The notes under the pieces were generated by a model. It was given only the letters and a program-made list of their open reading frames with translations. It was not told the origin of the DNA and did not search any database. From Cladosporium halotolerans (Eukaryota): DNA of 64,000 bases. The first letter of the stretch is position 1, and each line of letters begins with the position of its first letter. Location of the stretch: the NCBI RefSeq assembly GCF_011745625.1, contig NW_027191467.1, positions 248,001 to 312,000 of the forward strand, given 5' to 3'. Of this stretch, positions 37,569 to 49,656 are shown piece by piece. Position numbers and translations under genes: made by a program.

Positions 37569-38531
37569 ATGCCCTTCATCACCAAACTCCTCTCCCTCGC
37601 ATCCTCCAATCCCACCGCCCCCTCCTTCCGCACCACAGGCCGCCACTCCATCTCGCCCAAACTCCGCACCTTCTTCGGCCCTCCCACTCCCACCACCCCC
37701 AAACCACCCTCTCCAAAAGCCACCTCCCCCCAGCAACCCCCTCCCGCTCTCGGCGTCCTCGAATCCCCCCAATCAGCCTACAGCGGCGTCGCCTCCCTCG
37801 GCAGCGTCGAGATCGTGCGCCGCGTCAGCAGGGGGAAAGTCAAGCGCGTCGAGATCGCCGCGCAGGCGAAAGCGAAGGGGTACGCGAGCGCGAGCGTGGG
37901 GACGCAGACGGACGACGTTGTTGGGGAGGTGGGGGCGGGGAGCGTGCGGGATGTGCTGAAGAGGAGGTCAGGGTTGGCGTGGGAGATGCTGCATGGGGGC
38001 GGGGCGGGGCTGTTGTTCGTTGCGAGTTTGGGCGAGATGCATGGCAAGGGGGAAGGGGAGGAGGGGCTGGTGAACGGAAGTATGCCGCTTACGGGGGCGC
38101 TTTTGAGGAAGTTGCAGCGGGCGATTGCGGTGGATGCGGAGCTGCAGGCTGTGCAGAAGAGGGGGGCGAGGGAGGCGGCGGTGCTGGGGGCGTTGGAGGA
38201 GAGGTTGAGGAAGCGGAAGGAGGTGCTGAAGGGGAGGTTGGAGGAGTTGAAGGGGGAGCCTGGCGCGGAGCTGGACGAGGAGAAGCTGGCGGTTGATAAG
38301 GAGCTGGTGAGGGTTTGGGAGGCGTCGATTGAGGCGATGGATGAGCGGTTGAGGGGGGATGAGAGGCTGGAGAGGAAGAGGGCGGAGTTTGAGAGCGCTT
38401 CGAGGGCGGCGTTGGCGGTGTTGGCGCTGGGGCTGGCGGAGAGGATGTTGGTTGATGTTGAGGAGGTGGAGACGGCGGGGAGTGAGGTGGAGTTTGAGCA
38501 GAAGTATCGGTTGACGGATAGGCTGTGGTAG
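37569..38531 (+). CDS. Hypothetical protein with a C-terminal coiled coil
   Basis: 320-aa ATG ORF with an AAAATG start context and a heptad-like E/K/R/L-rich C-terminal half. No family recognised. Confidence 0.6.
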   Translation: MPFITKLLSLASSNPTAPSFRTTGRHSISPKLRTFFGPPTPTTPKPPSPKATSPQQPPPALGVLESPQSAYSGVASLGSVEIVRRVSRGKVKRVEIAAQAKAKGYASASVGTQTDDVVGEVGAGSVRDVLKRRSGLAWEMLHGGGAGLLFVASLGEMHGKGEGEEGLVNGSMPLTGALLRKLQRAIAVDAELQAVQKRGAREAAVLGALEERLRKRKEVLKGRLEELKGEPGAELDEEKLAVDKELVRVWEASIEAMDERLRGDERLERKRAEFESASRAALAVLALGLAERMLVDVEEVETAGSEVEFEQKYRLTDRLW

Positions 38532-39458
38532 GGGTGGATGGGATGTTTCGATTGTCTGGTCTTTGTATCTAGAGGTTGCTCCTACATCATCATTAGGCGC
38601 TGTATCGATTTGCCGGGAGCGATCGTCGAAGATCTGCCTTCTAGCCACATCTACGCGTTGTTGCTTCGTTGTCGATAGGATCAGGAGTGCTGCGTGGGTG
38701 CCGTCCGCCATGTGCGAAGTTCCAACCGCGTCACCATCGATCATCAACAGGCCGACGTTGTATTGCCAACGCCATGTCTCGGTATGTGTATGAGCTTTAG
38801 ATGACGGATGCCGTGTCGAAGCACGGGCAAGGATGTGAAGATCAAGGTTCATCTGTCAATCATCTGGCGACCGTTGTACCGCTGACGGCGAGGCGTGCGC
38901 ACGGCCATGCGACGCAGGGCAACGGTGACCTTGGCAGCCGACACAAGGCATCACCCGTGACCGGCCTCAGTCCTGCACGTCAACACGCCCACTACCACCG
39001 CAGCGAGCAGGCACGGCACTTCTATCGCCAACACGCATCCTCATCCACCGCACAGCGCATCTTCGCCCGCGCTGCTGCTCCGTGCCACCCCCTGTCGGCT
39101 CGTCTGCTCTCGCAGTATCCACCTCCTCACGCTACTGCCCCGAACCGTGCGCGCATCCGCCTTCTCTAGGCCAACGCCCGTTACTTGTTTCGGTTGGCAT
39201 CCTCGTTCACGCTCGCCGAGTAGGTGATTACCACTCGCCCGGATCTCGGCATTTCCGCTCCAAACCAACAACACCACCACCATTGACGGTTTTCTGTTCG
39301 TCCCCGGCGCCTGGGGCAATGGCCGCCTGACCCGTCCCTCAATCTCCTCCCGCTCCCTGTCGTCCACGCCGGCTCCGCCAGGCGAGCCACGCGACTCTGC
39401 GCCGCTGCCCAACAAGCTGGTGAAGTCTGCCTCCTCGAGCGAACTCGGGCAGAAAACC

Positions 39459-41873
39459 ATGGCAGCCGTCACCATGCCGCATTCACACATGTCGCCTTCG
39501 CACGAGGAGCACACTATGGACACCCGGACGCCTTCTCCTGGACCCAGGCCGGATAGCAAAAACACGGACACGTCGAGCTACCAGCCCGACCTGAGCCAGG
39601 AGGTTTCCATGCTGAGCACGAAGTTGATAAACGCCATAAACTATCAGACGAACCTGGACGACTCACTGCAACATACAAGGCATGAGCTTGAAGCAGCCAA
39701 TCGGGAGAATGCGCGGTTACGAGCAGAGAAGAAGTCACTGGATGACATGGTCGCAAATGGATTCCTTGTCAGGAAGACTCTCATGGATAGAACTGTGAAT
39801 TCGTTGAAGCTTGAACTGGCAAAAGAGAAGTCTGCTCGAGAAGAGGCGGAAAAGGCACGGAAGCAGACTGATGCTGAGCTCGAGAACTTGACCACAGCAC
39901 TTTTCGAGGAGGCCAATACAATGGTAGCAGCTGCGCGGAAGGACACTGAGGCGGTGGAGAAGCGAAACTCGCAATTGAAGAGCCAGATCAACGACACGGA
40001 GATGCTGCTTGCTTCACAGCAGGAGCAACTTCAGGACCTCAAACTGACTATGGGCCGCATGTCTGAGCGAGGCGAGAATGATACCGCAGGCAGGGAGAGC
40101 ATTCCTTCTACACCCATTGGATCTTCGGCCGCCATGTTTGATGCCATGCAACTTTCGCCAAACGCAACGAATATCGCAGATATTCCTCCCGAGCACCCGC
40201 TTTATTTCTCGCATTTGCTTACACCGGTTCTCCGAAACGACATTCCAGCATACATCGACTTCCAGGATCTGCTGCAGTGTGCACGGAAAGCAATTAGCCA
40301 TTCACGAGGCGCAAGCTCCGGTAACAACTCATCCGGCGGACTCAGCTCATCAAGCCAATCGAACCTTGCATCGAATTCGTCTCCTTCGCTGCCCGGTGCC
40401 TTCTCCTTCTCGACGAGTTCAAGTCCCCAATCATCAAGCTTCGCGACCACCGCACCACCCCTGAAGGACAGCAAATTCTACAAGCGATCCCTAGTGGAAG
40501 ACATCGAACCAACTCTACGACTCGACCTCGCCCCTGGCCTCAGCTTCCTCTCCCGACGAACGGTCCTCTCATCACTCCTGCAAGGCTCCATGGTCGTCGA
40601 GCCTTTCCTGCCCCAAACGAAATTCTACGGCCCCATCTTTGCCTGCGCCCTCTGCGGCGAAAGCCGCAAGAACGAGCCGTACGTGCGCAAACACCGCTTT
40701 AGGACCTCGGAGGAAGAAAGCGCGCAGCGCTATCCGCTTTGCGATTACTGCTTGAGCCGCACGCGCGCGGCCGGCGACTTCGTCGGTTTCCTGAGGATGG
40801 TCCGCGATGGGCACTGGCGAGCTGAGACCGAGGAGGAGCAGAAAGGCGCCTGGGAGGAGGCTGTTAGACTACGGGAGCGGATGTTCTGGGCGAGGCAGGG
40901 TGGCGGTGTGATTCCTAGTCTGGTCAAGCAGGGCACGCCTTCTACGGCGAACCCGAAGAGCGCCAGGCAGAGCCTCGAGAGCATTCCTGAGCAGCAGAGT
41001 CCGGCGAAGAGGGCTTCGCAGGCTGTTCAGGTCGCTCAGGAGGATGGCGAGCAAACAGAGTTGCGAGAAGTGGAGGAGAAAGCCGAGGTGCAGGAAACAG
41101 TTGAGGGCAAGCCGGCACCTGACGAGAAGCTGATGGATGTTTTCAAGACGCATCGGCGATCCATGACTTTGAGCAGCATTGCGCCGGAGCCGACTCCTGA
41201 ACCGACGACAGTCGATGAAGTACCCGTGGTTTCTGAGCCACAGGATGTTGCGTCTGAGCTGAAGATTGACCTCAACCCTGAGCCAAAGGTCGAGGAGCCC
41301 GCAGCTGAAGAGGCTACAGTTATTGCCATTGAGCCTCAAGAGCTGCAGAATGAGGTGTCGGAAGCTAAAGAGCCTGAGGTCCCTGTACCTGCGCTGGAAG
41401 ACCTGCAGCCTGAGATCGCAGCAGTTGAGCAACCTTCCGTCGTCGCTCCGGAACCCAAGGACACCCAGGCGCAGGAAGTGGCAACCGAATCCTCCGTCGT
41501 AGCAGCTGAGCCAGTAGTCGAACCAACCGCAGCACCGAAGACCGACGATGCGGTGCCCGAGACACCCCTGCCTGTCATTTCAACTGAGCAAGTCGTCACA
41601 TCGCCAGAACCCCCGGTCGAAACTCCTGTTGAGCCAACAACATCCGCAGAGGAAGAGGCGTCTGCCGTCGACGACGCGACACCCGCTGAAGCCCCGGCGC
41701 CTTCGACCTCTCCCCTGTCGCCCACTCCTTCGACAGAAACAGCATCAACACTCCAAGCGCCCGCCCAGCCCACACAGCGAAGAGGCTCATCCGTCCTCGC
41801 CCGCGTACGAGCCATGGAAGCGAACGCAACATCGCCCACCGAAGAGAAGAAGCCGCCTGGAAGCTTCGACTGA
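39459..41873 (+). CDS. SEC2: Rab (Sec4) guanine-nucleotide exchange factor Sec2
   Basis: LSTKLINAINYQTNLDDSL, ELENLTTALFEEANTMVAAAR, EDIEPTLRLDLAPGLSFLSRR, CALCGE, LRERMFWAR. Long acidic Pro/Glu tail. Confidence 0.93.
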   Translation: MAAVTMPHSHMSPSHEEHTMDTRTPSPGPRPDSKNTDTSSYQPDLSQEVSMLSTKLINAINYQTNLDDSLQHTRHELEAANRENARLRAEKKSLDDMVANGFLVRKTLMDRTVNSLKLELAKEKSAREEAEKARKQTDAELENLTTALFEEANTMVAAARKDTEAVEKRNSQLKSQINDTEMLLASQQEQLQDLKLTMGRMSERGENDTAGRESIPSTPIGSSAAMFDAMQLSPNATNIADIPPEHPLYFSHLLTPVLRNDIPAYIDFQDLLQCARKAISHSRGASSGNNSSGGLSSSSQSNLASNSSPSLPGAFSFSTSSSPQSSSFATTAPPLKDSKFYKRSLVEDIEPTLRLDLAPGLSFLSRRTVLSSLLQGSMVVEPFLPQTKFYGPIFACALCGESRKNEPYVRKHRFRTSEEESAQRYPLCDYCLSRTRAAGDFVGFLRMVRDGHWRAETEEEQKGAWEEAVRLRERMFWARQGGGVIPSLVKQGTPSTANPKSARQSLESIPEQQSPAKRASQAVQVAQEDGEQTELREVEEKAEVQETVEGKPAPDEKLMDVFKTHRRSMTLSSIAPEPTPEPTTVDEVPVVSEPQDVASELKIDLNPEPKVEEPAAEEATVIAIEPQELQNEVSEAKEPEVPVPALEDLQPEIAAVEQPSVVAPEPKDTQAQEVATESSVVAAEPVVEPTAAPKTDDAVPETPLPVISTEQVVTSPEPPVETPVEPTTSAEEEASAVDDATPAEAPAPSTSPLSPTPSTETASTLQAPAQPTQRRGSSVLARVRAMEANATSPTEEKKPPGSFD

Positions 41874-42691
41874 TTTCGTTCTCTATGCGCCGCATCGCAC
41901 CTTCCATTCAATTTCAAACGCTCATGGGTAAACGGGTTGTGTGTAAGAAGCCCCGCATCGCATGGCATTTCTACACACATACAGTACGGGAAACACGTGA
42001 ATAATGTATTACTAGTAGCGAACGGCTTCTCGGGTTGGGAGAAAAGTTCTAGCGGCGGGGTTGTACAAGCTCTTTTTTTTTTGTTAAAGTGCATATACCA
42101 TTTCATGGCATGGAACGTTTCTTTCGCGCTTACACTTGATGCTCTTTTCCTTTTCAACGTCGTGCATCTGTCTCCGCCGGGCTCTGGCTAATTGACCACA
42201 CTTGCTCGTATAGTGCAGCTGGAAAAGATTGACCCTAGACGCAAACCCCGCGCCGCCGAGGCCATTGGTGCAGATCTCGCGCTTCGCTTGGATGTCTCGA
42301 GCTCCACATAGCCTCATGTTCATAACGAAGACTTTGATCTATGCGCTTTGACGACTACCTGTCAACGCAGAGAATATGTCGCGACTCAGGGGTCTGTTAA
42401 CGCGAACGCGTCTTATTCAGTGCAGCAGTTTGTCTTCCAAACAGAGGTCGATCGATAATGAGCGTCACGCGTGTTGGCTCTGTATATGCACGTATGTTGG
42501 AGTGCCAAGCAGCTGAACCTAAAAGACGTTTTGCCTAAAGGCAACCACTCATCCGTAAACAATGACTGCGGAGGCCGAGGTTGAAAAATGACGACAGATA
42601 GACCGGCTCTGTTGATATAAATTGTCGAGTGCGGTCAGGCGGCAAGTCAACTGTTAGCCAAAGGGATCGTTGCACAAAAGTACTAACGATC

Positions 42692-44490
42692 ATGTTGTGG
42701 CATAGTTCGATTCTTCCACTTTTTGCGGCCGCCAATGCAGTGCTCGCAGCCCCTCCCAAGTATGGCGGCGGTGATCACCATCACGACAAACTTGTTGAAT
42801 ATACGAACCCTATGATCCCAGGCTACAGACCGGATCCGAGCTGTATTGCGGTCGAAGGCTTCTTTTACTGCATCTCGTCCACCTTCAACAGCTTCCCTGG
42901 CCTTCCCATCTACGCGAGCAGAGATTTACAAAACTGGCGGCACGTCAGCAATGTCATCCACAGCGAGGAGCAAGTGCCCGAGTACAGCCAGATCGCCGGA
43001 ATGCAGGAGGGCATCTACGCACCAACCCTCCGCCACCATGACGGCACCTTCTACGTGATCGTGACCTTCATGGGCGCAGCCGACAGCCCATTCCACATGA
43101 TCTTCAACTCCACGGACCCCCTCGACCCCTCCTCCTGGGGTACCCCCGTCCGCTTCATCAACACAGACATCGGATCCTTCGACCCGGACCTCTTCTGGGA
43201 CGACGATGGCCAGGCGTACGTGACCGCGCACGTCTTCGACATCGTCGGCAACAACATCTACCCCATCGACGTGACGACCGGCGAGTACGGGCCCAACACC
43301 AACCTCTGGAACGGCACCGGCGGCGTCTGGCCCGAGGGCCCGCACATGTACCGCAAGGACGACTACTACTACCTCGTGCTGGCAGAGGGTGGCACCAGCT
43401 TCGACCACATGGTTACCATCGCGCGCTCGAAGGAGCTCCTGGGCCCGTACGAGGCGTACGAGAACAACCCCATCCAGACCAACGCGAATACCTCGCAGTA
43501 CTTCCAGGCCGTCGGACATGCCGATTTCTTCCAGGACTTCGAAGGCAACTGGTGGGGCATCGCGCTGTCGATCAGGCAGGGCCCGCCGGGCTACACGGGC
43601 TCCTACCCCATGGGCCGTGAGACCGTCCTCTACCCTGTGACATGGCCCGAGAACGGCTGGCCGGAGTGCGAGCCTGTGCGTGGACGCATGCGAGGCCCTC
43701 TGCCGCGGAAATCGCGCAAGGTGCCCGGCGATGGCCCCTGGGTTGAGGAAGGCGACGACTATAAATTTAAAGGCGACTCTCTCCCGCTGCACTTCACGCA
43801 CTTCAGGTTCCCGCCCGAGGACATGTACACCATCGCCGACGGTGGCCTGACGGTCAATCCATCGAAGTACAACCTCACTGGCGACGAGACCTTCGAGCCG
43901 TCTGATCGCTTGTCATTTGTGGGCCGCAGGCAGACGGACACGCTCTTCACTTACTACGTCGACGTGGATTTTAGCCCTGAGGCCGAGGGAGAGGAAGCTG
44001 GCGTTACCATTTTCGCGAATCAGTGGCAGCACTCTGATCTCGGACTAGTGATGCTCGATGGATCTTTGAAAGCGCGTCTGCGTACTACTTCCTTTGGGTC
44101 TGATAACACCACGACTGACACGGCTGGTTCGGAAACCATCGTCGACGTCCCTAAGAAATTGATTGGAAAGACGATTAGGTTGCAAGTCCAAGCCGCGAGC
44201 GATACGGAATACGACTTGTACATGGGCGCTGCGCGCAAAAATTCCAAGCTGGAGCACGTGGGTACTGTGCCTGGTGCGGTGACGAGTGGTAGCAATGCGC
44301 AGTTCACAGGTGAGATGCCCTACTCTTTCGAGCCCGAAGATGTTATAAGCTGACCGAGATCGTAGGAACTTTCCTGGGCATCTTCGTGACTGCGAACGGC
44401 GGCGAAGGAAGCACCCCAGCGACCTTCAAGCGGTGGGTGTACAAAGGTCAAGGACAGAAGATTGACTTCGACGAGACGGTGTATAGCTGA
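42692..44490 (+). CDS. Secreted glycoside hydrolase family 43 (beta-xylosidase/arabinofuranosidase) with C-terminal beta-sandwich
   Basis: Signal peptide; NPMIPGYRPDPSC, GIYAPTLRHHDG, FDPDLFWDDDG, PEGPHMYRKD, VGHADFFQD, MGRETVL. Intron 44310-44365. Confidence 0.95.
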
Positions 44491-45869
44491 GCGCAACTGT
44501 ACCGCGTCGTTTGTGATCGAATCGGATCGTTATAGCACGCTAGGTTATCAACAATGAGTTACTCGCGATGGTAAATGTGACGAAAGCTAGGCTCCCAAGT
44601 CGTTAGGACCGCAGACGATGATACAATCGCCCGAGACAGACAGGTAAAGCATGTACGGACTCTCCGATCATTGCTCAAGCCGGTGATGAACCGGTCCGAC
44701 ATCATAGATTGTCTTCTGTCTCGCCAGTGAATCCCGATGGGGAAAGCTGTAGGGCAAGCTGTAGGGCAAGATGTGTCCAAGATAAAGCTGCCAAGTCGGC
44801 AATGATACATTCGTGTCACTGGTGAGAAGGATTCCTTGGAAACCCGGTCCATAATATCATCATGAGCGGTCACTGTTTTCGGATATTCGATTGTTATGCC
44901 ACAACCGTATTACGGTAACCGGAAACAGTAAGCCGGCTCGGTCTTCGCTCCAACGGGAAGACGTACTTCAGCTTCATGCCCTACCGGTACAGTGACCTTG
45001 GCGACACTGCGTTCCATGGGGACTCCACACCGGAGAGGAGCTGCTCCAGGTTTTCGTCCGGTTCTCCACGAGGCTCTTCGCATGAAACGCGTGAAAATGG
45101 ATCTCCCAAGCAAGCAAAGGCCGATCCTTTTTGAGGAGCGTGTTCACGGCGACGGCCTTAAGCACTTATGTGGTAGCCGTTCTTGGAGTTTCTCCAAGTG
45201 GAACACATTCCCATAGCCGATATACTTGATGAAGACGTAGAAGGTTGTGGAGAGTGTGGATTATTGAGGTCAATCGAATTCCAAGCTTCTCCAAAAGCTG
45301 ATGTCGTCACATGCTCATCCCAACCGCCATGTCCGAAGATGCGCCTGGCAAGACCACTGAGAGACACACCAACCGACTCATCAGCTTTTCCGTCGCTGCT
45401 GTGGAATATTCGGATACCCTGCCCTACAGGATCATGAATCCATGCGTTATGTATCCTAGCTGCATGCGACGCCCTTAGGCCAAGCCCCGTCCCGCATTGG
45501 CAGACGCTATTGTTATCGCCCAGCATCCTCACCCAGAATCCAAGAGACAGTGAGCAAGTGTCTCTCACGGTGTGATGAACTATCACCGCAGGGTTTTGGC
45601 TGGGCGGTCGCGGAGAAACAGTCAAGCGGCGCGGCGAATACTGTCGACCAAGACTCGTAACGTGAGCCTCTTGCGATATGGGTGAAGCCCTTTGCAAGCC
45701 CGCAACAATAAGGGATCTCAAAGGGTCCTAGAGATTGCCTTTAAAGCTGGCATGGTAGGTGAAATGGGCTTGAAGCGATCAGGCCGTTTGTGACGTTGTT
45801 CTCGCGTCTTGATCGATCACGCCGTATTCGTTCGCCATGCGTCACCAACCAAACACCAACAATACCGCC

Positions 45870-47826
45870 ATGGGTCCAGATGCCCCTCTCCCTACGGACG
45901 AAAAGCTCGATGGAGAGCATCAAGAGCATGTCTTGGGCGACGAGTCTTCGATCAAGGGAGGCCCCAACGCAATAGACCCTTTGAATGCTTTGGGTATCGA
46001 GAACTGGGGGGATGTCGAGAAGAAAGTAGTGAAGCGTCTTGACATGACAATTCTTCCTATGCTATGGATCTTATATCTGAGCAATTATTTGGACAGGACC
46101 AACATAGCGTTTGCCGCCCGATCTGACGATTAAAATCAGGTGCTAATTGTTTCTACAGCCAGGCCATGCTAGACGACTTCGACGTGCACCTAAATCTCGG
46201 ACCCCAGGGCTACAATACGGCTGTATCTTTATTGACAGTTGGGTAGGTGCATAAGACCAGCGAGATAACATACCTTACTGATTTGAATCAAGCTACATGA
46301 TCGGGCAGCTTCCCTCGAACATGCTGCTGACCCGAGTCCGGCCGGGTATCTATCTCTCCGGATGCGCTTTGGTCTGGTCTGTTTGCTCTGCTTGTACAGC
46401 CGCAGCTCATAATGAAACTACCTTATATGTCATCCGCTTCTTCCTTGGAATTACAGAGGCACCTCTGTTCCCTGGCGCGGTCTTTATCCTCTCTGCTTGG
46501 TACACGAGAAAAGAGCTGGCTCTTCGAATCACGATCCTGTATTCTGGTCTTGTGCTTGGCCAAGCCTGCTCCGGTCTCATCGCTGCTGGCGTATTCCACG
46601 GTCTTGTGAGTTTGCCTATTCCGATGCCGTTTGACTTCTTGAATATGCTCATCTCTGCGCTAAAATGAGACTTTGTTGTGGTATCATCGTGCATGGAATC
46701 AAGATCTGCAGGTCGACCATTGAGTGCCTTCGAGTGAGACAACAAACTGACGCGTGGAAGTCACAAAGCACATGCGAAATTGCCCTTGCTTAGTTGACCA
46801 GGACCTTGCTGACTCATGTCTTCTACAGAGTGGGGTCAATGGCCTCCATGGATGGCAGTGGCTTTTCATCCTCGAAGCGGCATCTGGAGCTGCAGTCGCT
46901 ATCCTCGCTTTCTTCGTGATCCCGGACTTCCCGCACTCGAAGACGGGAGCTGCGATGTGGTACATGACCGAGGAGATGCGATCAGTTGCTACCGCTCGTA
47001 TGCAAGCCGATCGGGTCTCTGAAGGCGAGGCTCATCATGGTGTCTTCTATGGAGTGGGATTGGCTTGCAAGGATTACAAGCTCTATCTTTTCGTATGTGC
47101 TACAAACTATTGTTCCACGAAACATTACTATACTGACGTTCCCCAGTCTTTCACCAATTTTTGTATGACAGCATCTTACGGCTTCAACTTCTTCTTCCCA
47201 GAGATCGTCAGCGGTCTCGGAATTGGAAGCGGACCCAACACCACGGAAGAGATGCAGCGTGTCTATTCGCTACTGCTGACCGCTCCTCCCTATATTTTCG
47301 CCGCTCTTGTGTCCTTCGCTTTTGCATACAACTCTGACAGGATCAAGAACCGATCGTTCCATATCATCCCGGCGCTATGCTTGTCCCTCACAGGCTTCGT
47401 AATCACAGTCGCAACTCTCAACTACCCGGCCCGGTACTTTTCCTCCTTCCTCTTCACACCGGGTTCTTTCAGCGCAAATCCCCTGGTATACACCTGGGCC
47501 GTATCGACACTCTCTACCACACCAGAGAAGCGAGCCGCTTCCGGTGCAATTGTAAGTTCTTTCTCATATATCTCTCGCAAATTGGTTACCTAACGGCAAG
47601 TGTCCAGGTAAACATGGTCGGCCACTGTGGAAATATTGCATCTCCATATTTCTTCAGCAGAGACCAAGCGCCGCGTTTCCTCCCGGCATTCATTATCATG
47701 ATGAGCTTCGCAGCTACGACTATAGGCTGCGCCGTCTTCACCAGATGGAGGCTTATTGTTGAGAACAAGGGTCTCAAGAGAAAGGCTGACGAAACGGGAG
47801 GCCGCTATGTCCCGTTCACTCTATGA
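45870..47826 (+). CDS. MFS transporter, anion:cation symporter family
   Basis: KRLDMTILPMLWILYLSNYLDRTNIA, QLPSNMLLTRVRP, WYTRKELALR, GLHGWQWLFILE, LLTAPPY. Five introns, including 46109-46158, 46243-46292 and a 223-nt intron at 46606-46828. Confidence 0.92.
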
Positions 47827-47992
47827 GAAGTGACCAATTGGTATGATAAGACGAACAGGTTATGGAATTGGTACAACAAGTTCACTCCAAGTACCTGCCA
47901 ACGAGATAATTACATACCATCACTACATAAACCACGAATCATGACGCCCGCCACTCATTCCAAACCAATTACTCAATCATTATGTTCCAACA

Positions 47993-48940
47993 TCAAAAAG
48001 CGATTGTCGCTGTCGAATACGTGATCGAAGACGGATTCGCACCACCCGATCCAGCACAAGCTGTGATCGTGGCCGTCTCAGTCACACCCACAGTCACCGT
48101 CGCGGCGTTCCCACTGGCACAACCAGCCACAGCCGTCGTGGACACAGAAGTGCCAGTCGTCGAAGATGGCTCTGATACACCACTGTCTGTAGTACCAGAC
48201 AGCGTCAGCGCCAGCGTCGGCATAGTCACAGTTCCCACAACACCAGAAGAAGCTATCCTCGAAGGAGATGTCGGCATCGGCAGCTCACTGCCCGCAGAAG
48301 CAAACACAGACACCGTCAGTGTCAGCGACGGCACCGTCACCGTTCCCGCGATACTAGAAACGATTGTCGTCGAAAGAGACATCGGCAGCTCGCTGTCCGC
48401 AGGGCCAGGTAAGAACGTAGTCGGTGCCATGATAGTGGCTCCAGTACTGGCCGACATCCCGCTCGCAGCGGTAGTGCTGCCGCTCGCACTCGCGTTGGCA
48501 GTCGAAGAAGCGTTCGCGGCCGTCCCAGCGGCGATGCAGTAGGTCTCTTCCGCCCACAGCTGCGTCGAGCAAGCTGAGCCGTTGGACCCAAGGATGGGAT
48601 TTAGGACATAGAGTTGCGCGGGCTCGATTTTGTTCGCTGCGGCGAAAGAGATGCATGTGTCGCCGGCCTTTGCGGTGGCGTAGGATTGGCAGTCGGCGGC
48701 AATGCCGGGCTGCGTTTTACTTGGGGCGGTCGAGGTGCTCTCACTGGCGGTGATTGTTGAAGTGGTGTTGCCCGGACCAGCGTCGCGACCACAATCGGTC
48801 ACTGTGGTGTTGGAAGCATCGCGTGGAAGTTTGAAGTTGTAATTTGGCTCCCAGCGGCGCTGGCGTGTACGTTGAAAAGCTGCTGATGTAGAGCTGCTGA
48901 AGATCAAGCTCAGCAAGAGGAGAGCAATGAGTGCTTTCAT
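47993..48940 (-). CDS. Secreted LysM-domain protein with Ser/Thr-rich tail
   Basis: Signal peptide; TQPGIAADCQSYATAKAGDTCISFAAANKIEPAQLYVLNPILG...CSTQLWAEETYCI is a fungal Cys-containing LysM domain. Confidence 0.88.
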   Translation of the reverse strand: MKALIALLLLSLIFSSSTSAAFQRTRQRRWEPNYNFKLPRDASNTTVTDCGRDAGPGNTTSTITASESTSTAPSKTQPGIAADCQSYATAKAGDTCISFAAANKIEPAQLYVLNPILGSNGSACSTQLWAEETYCIAAGTAANASSTANASASGSTTAASGMSASTGATIMAPTTFLPGPADSELPMSLSTTIVSSIAGTVTVPSLTLTVSVFASAGSELPMPTSPSRIASSGVVGTVTMPTLALTLSGTTDSGVSEPSSTTGTSVSTTAVAGCASGNAATVTVGVTETATITACAGSGGANPSSITYSTATIAF

Positions 48941-49656
48941 GTCCGGCGTTGTTGATAGCTTCTTCGATAAGGTACTGACTTACGGTAGTGTGAATTCGTG
49001 ATGAACTGTAATGTGTATGTCTTCCAGGCGGCGATCTATTATATACCAGACACTGCTGCACCGCGGTCAATGTGTCGATGTATGCTCAGTCTATGCTGTA
49101 CCGGAAGCGATCACTGCTCATGGGTTTCAGAGAAGGTCGAGTAGCCAATATTGACACGAGAAAATCGACGGCCCAGGTAACTGCGTGAGTCCCATGGTGC
49201 CCACCGCATATGACCTCCTGTCCGCAATGAGGCATCGTGACGACTCCCAAGCTATTGTCGCATCATATACCACAGGCCCTGTTGTCACGAACTCAAGTTG
49301 TTGTTCCTTTCACCAATACACCTCCAAAGGAATCCTTGATGTTCGAGGTGATTTAATCTTTACTTGAAAGTTTTGAGGCGCGCGACCAAACGTGCTTTCC
49401 AAGTCAAGGTCATCGTTAGGTAGTTTTAAAGGGGATGGTAGCATCGCGAATTTCTCTATAAATGCCGAGATACTGATACACGCGCGAGCAGGCCTCTCTG
49501 CACGGGGTAAGCTCCTACCATCCCCTATGGCTTCTGGAAATTGATTCGGGCCGGAGAGGGCCGCGAAGTACAGTACGATGCCACAGATGCTCGGATCATC
49601 CACCTTTTTGACCTCCATCGCAACCTGTGCTGCAGACCTACACACTCATCAATACC

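Noticed and set aside
44900..45720. Possible glycosidase relic (VAKVTVPVGHEAEVRLP resembles a GH78-type C-terminus)
   Set aside because: Only one short motif; no consistent reading frame could be reconstructed.
46606..46828. Long MFS intron as a second stwintron or micro-exon host (likewise 16393-16587)
   Set aside because: A single GT-AG excision already restores the frame and conserved motif; no reconstituted internal donor was found.
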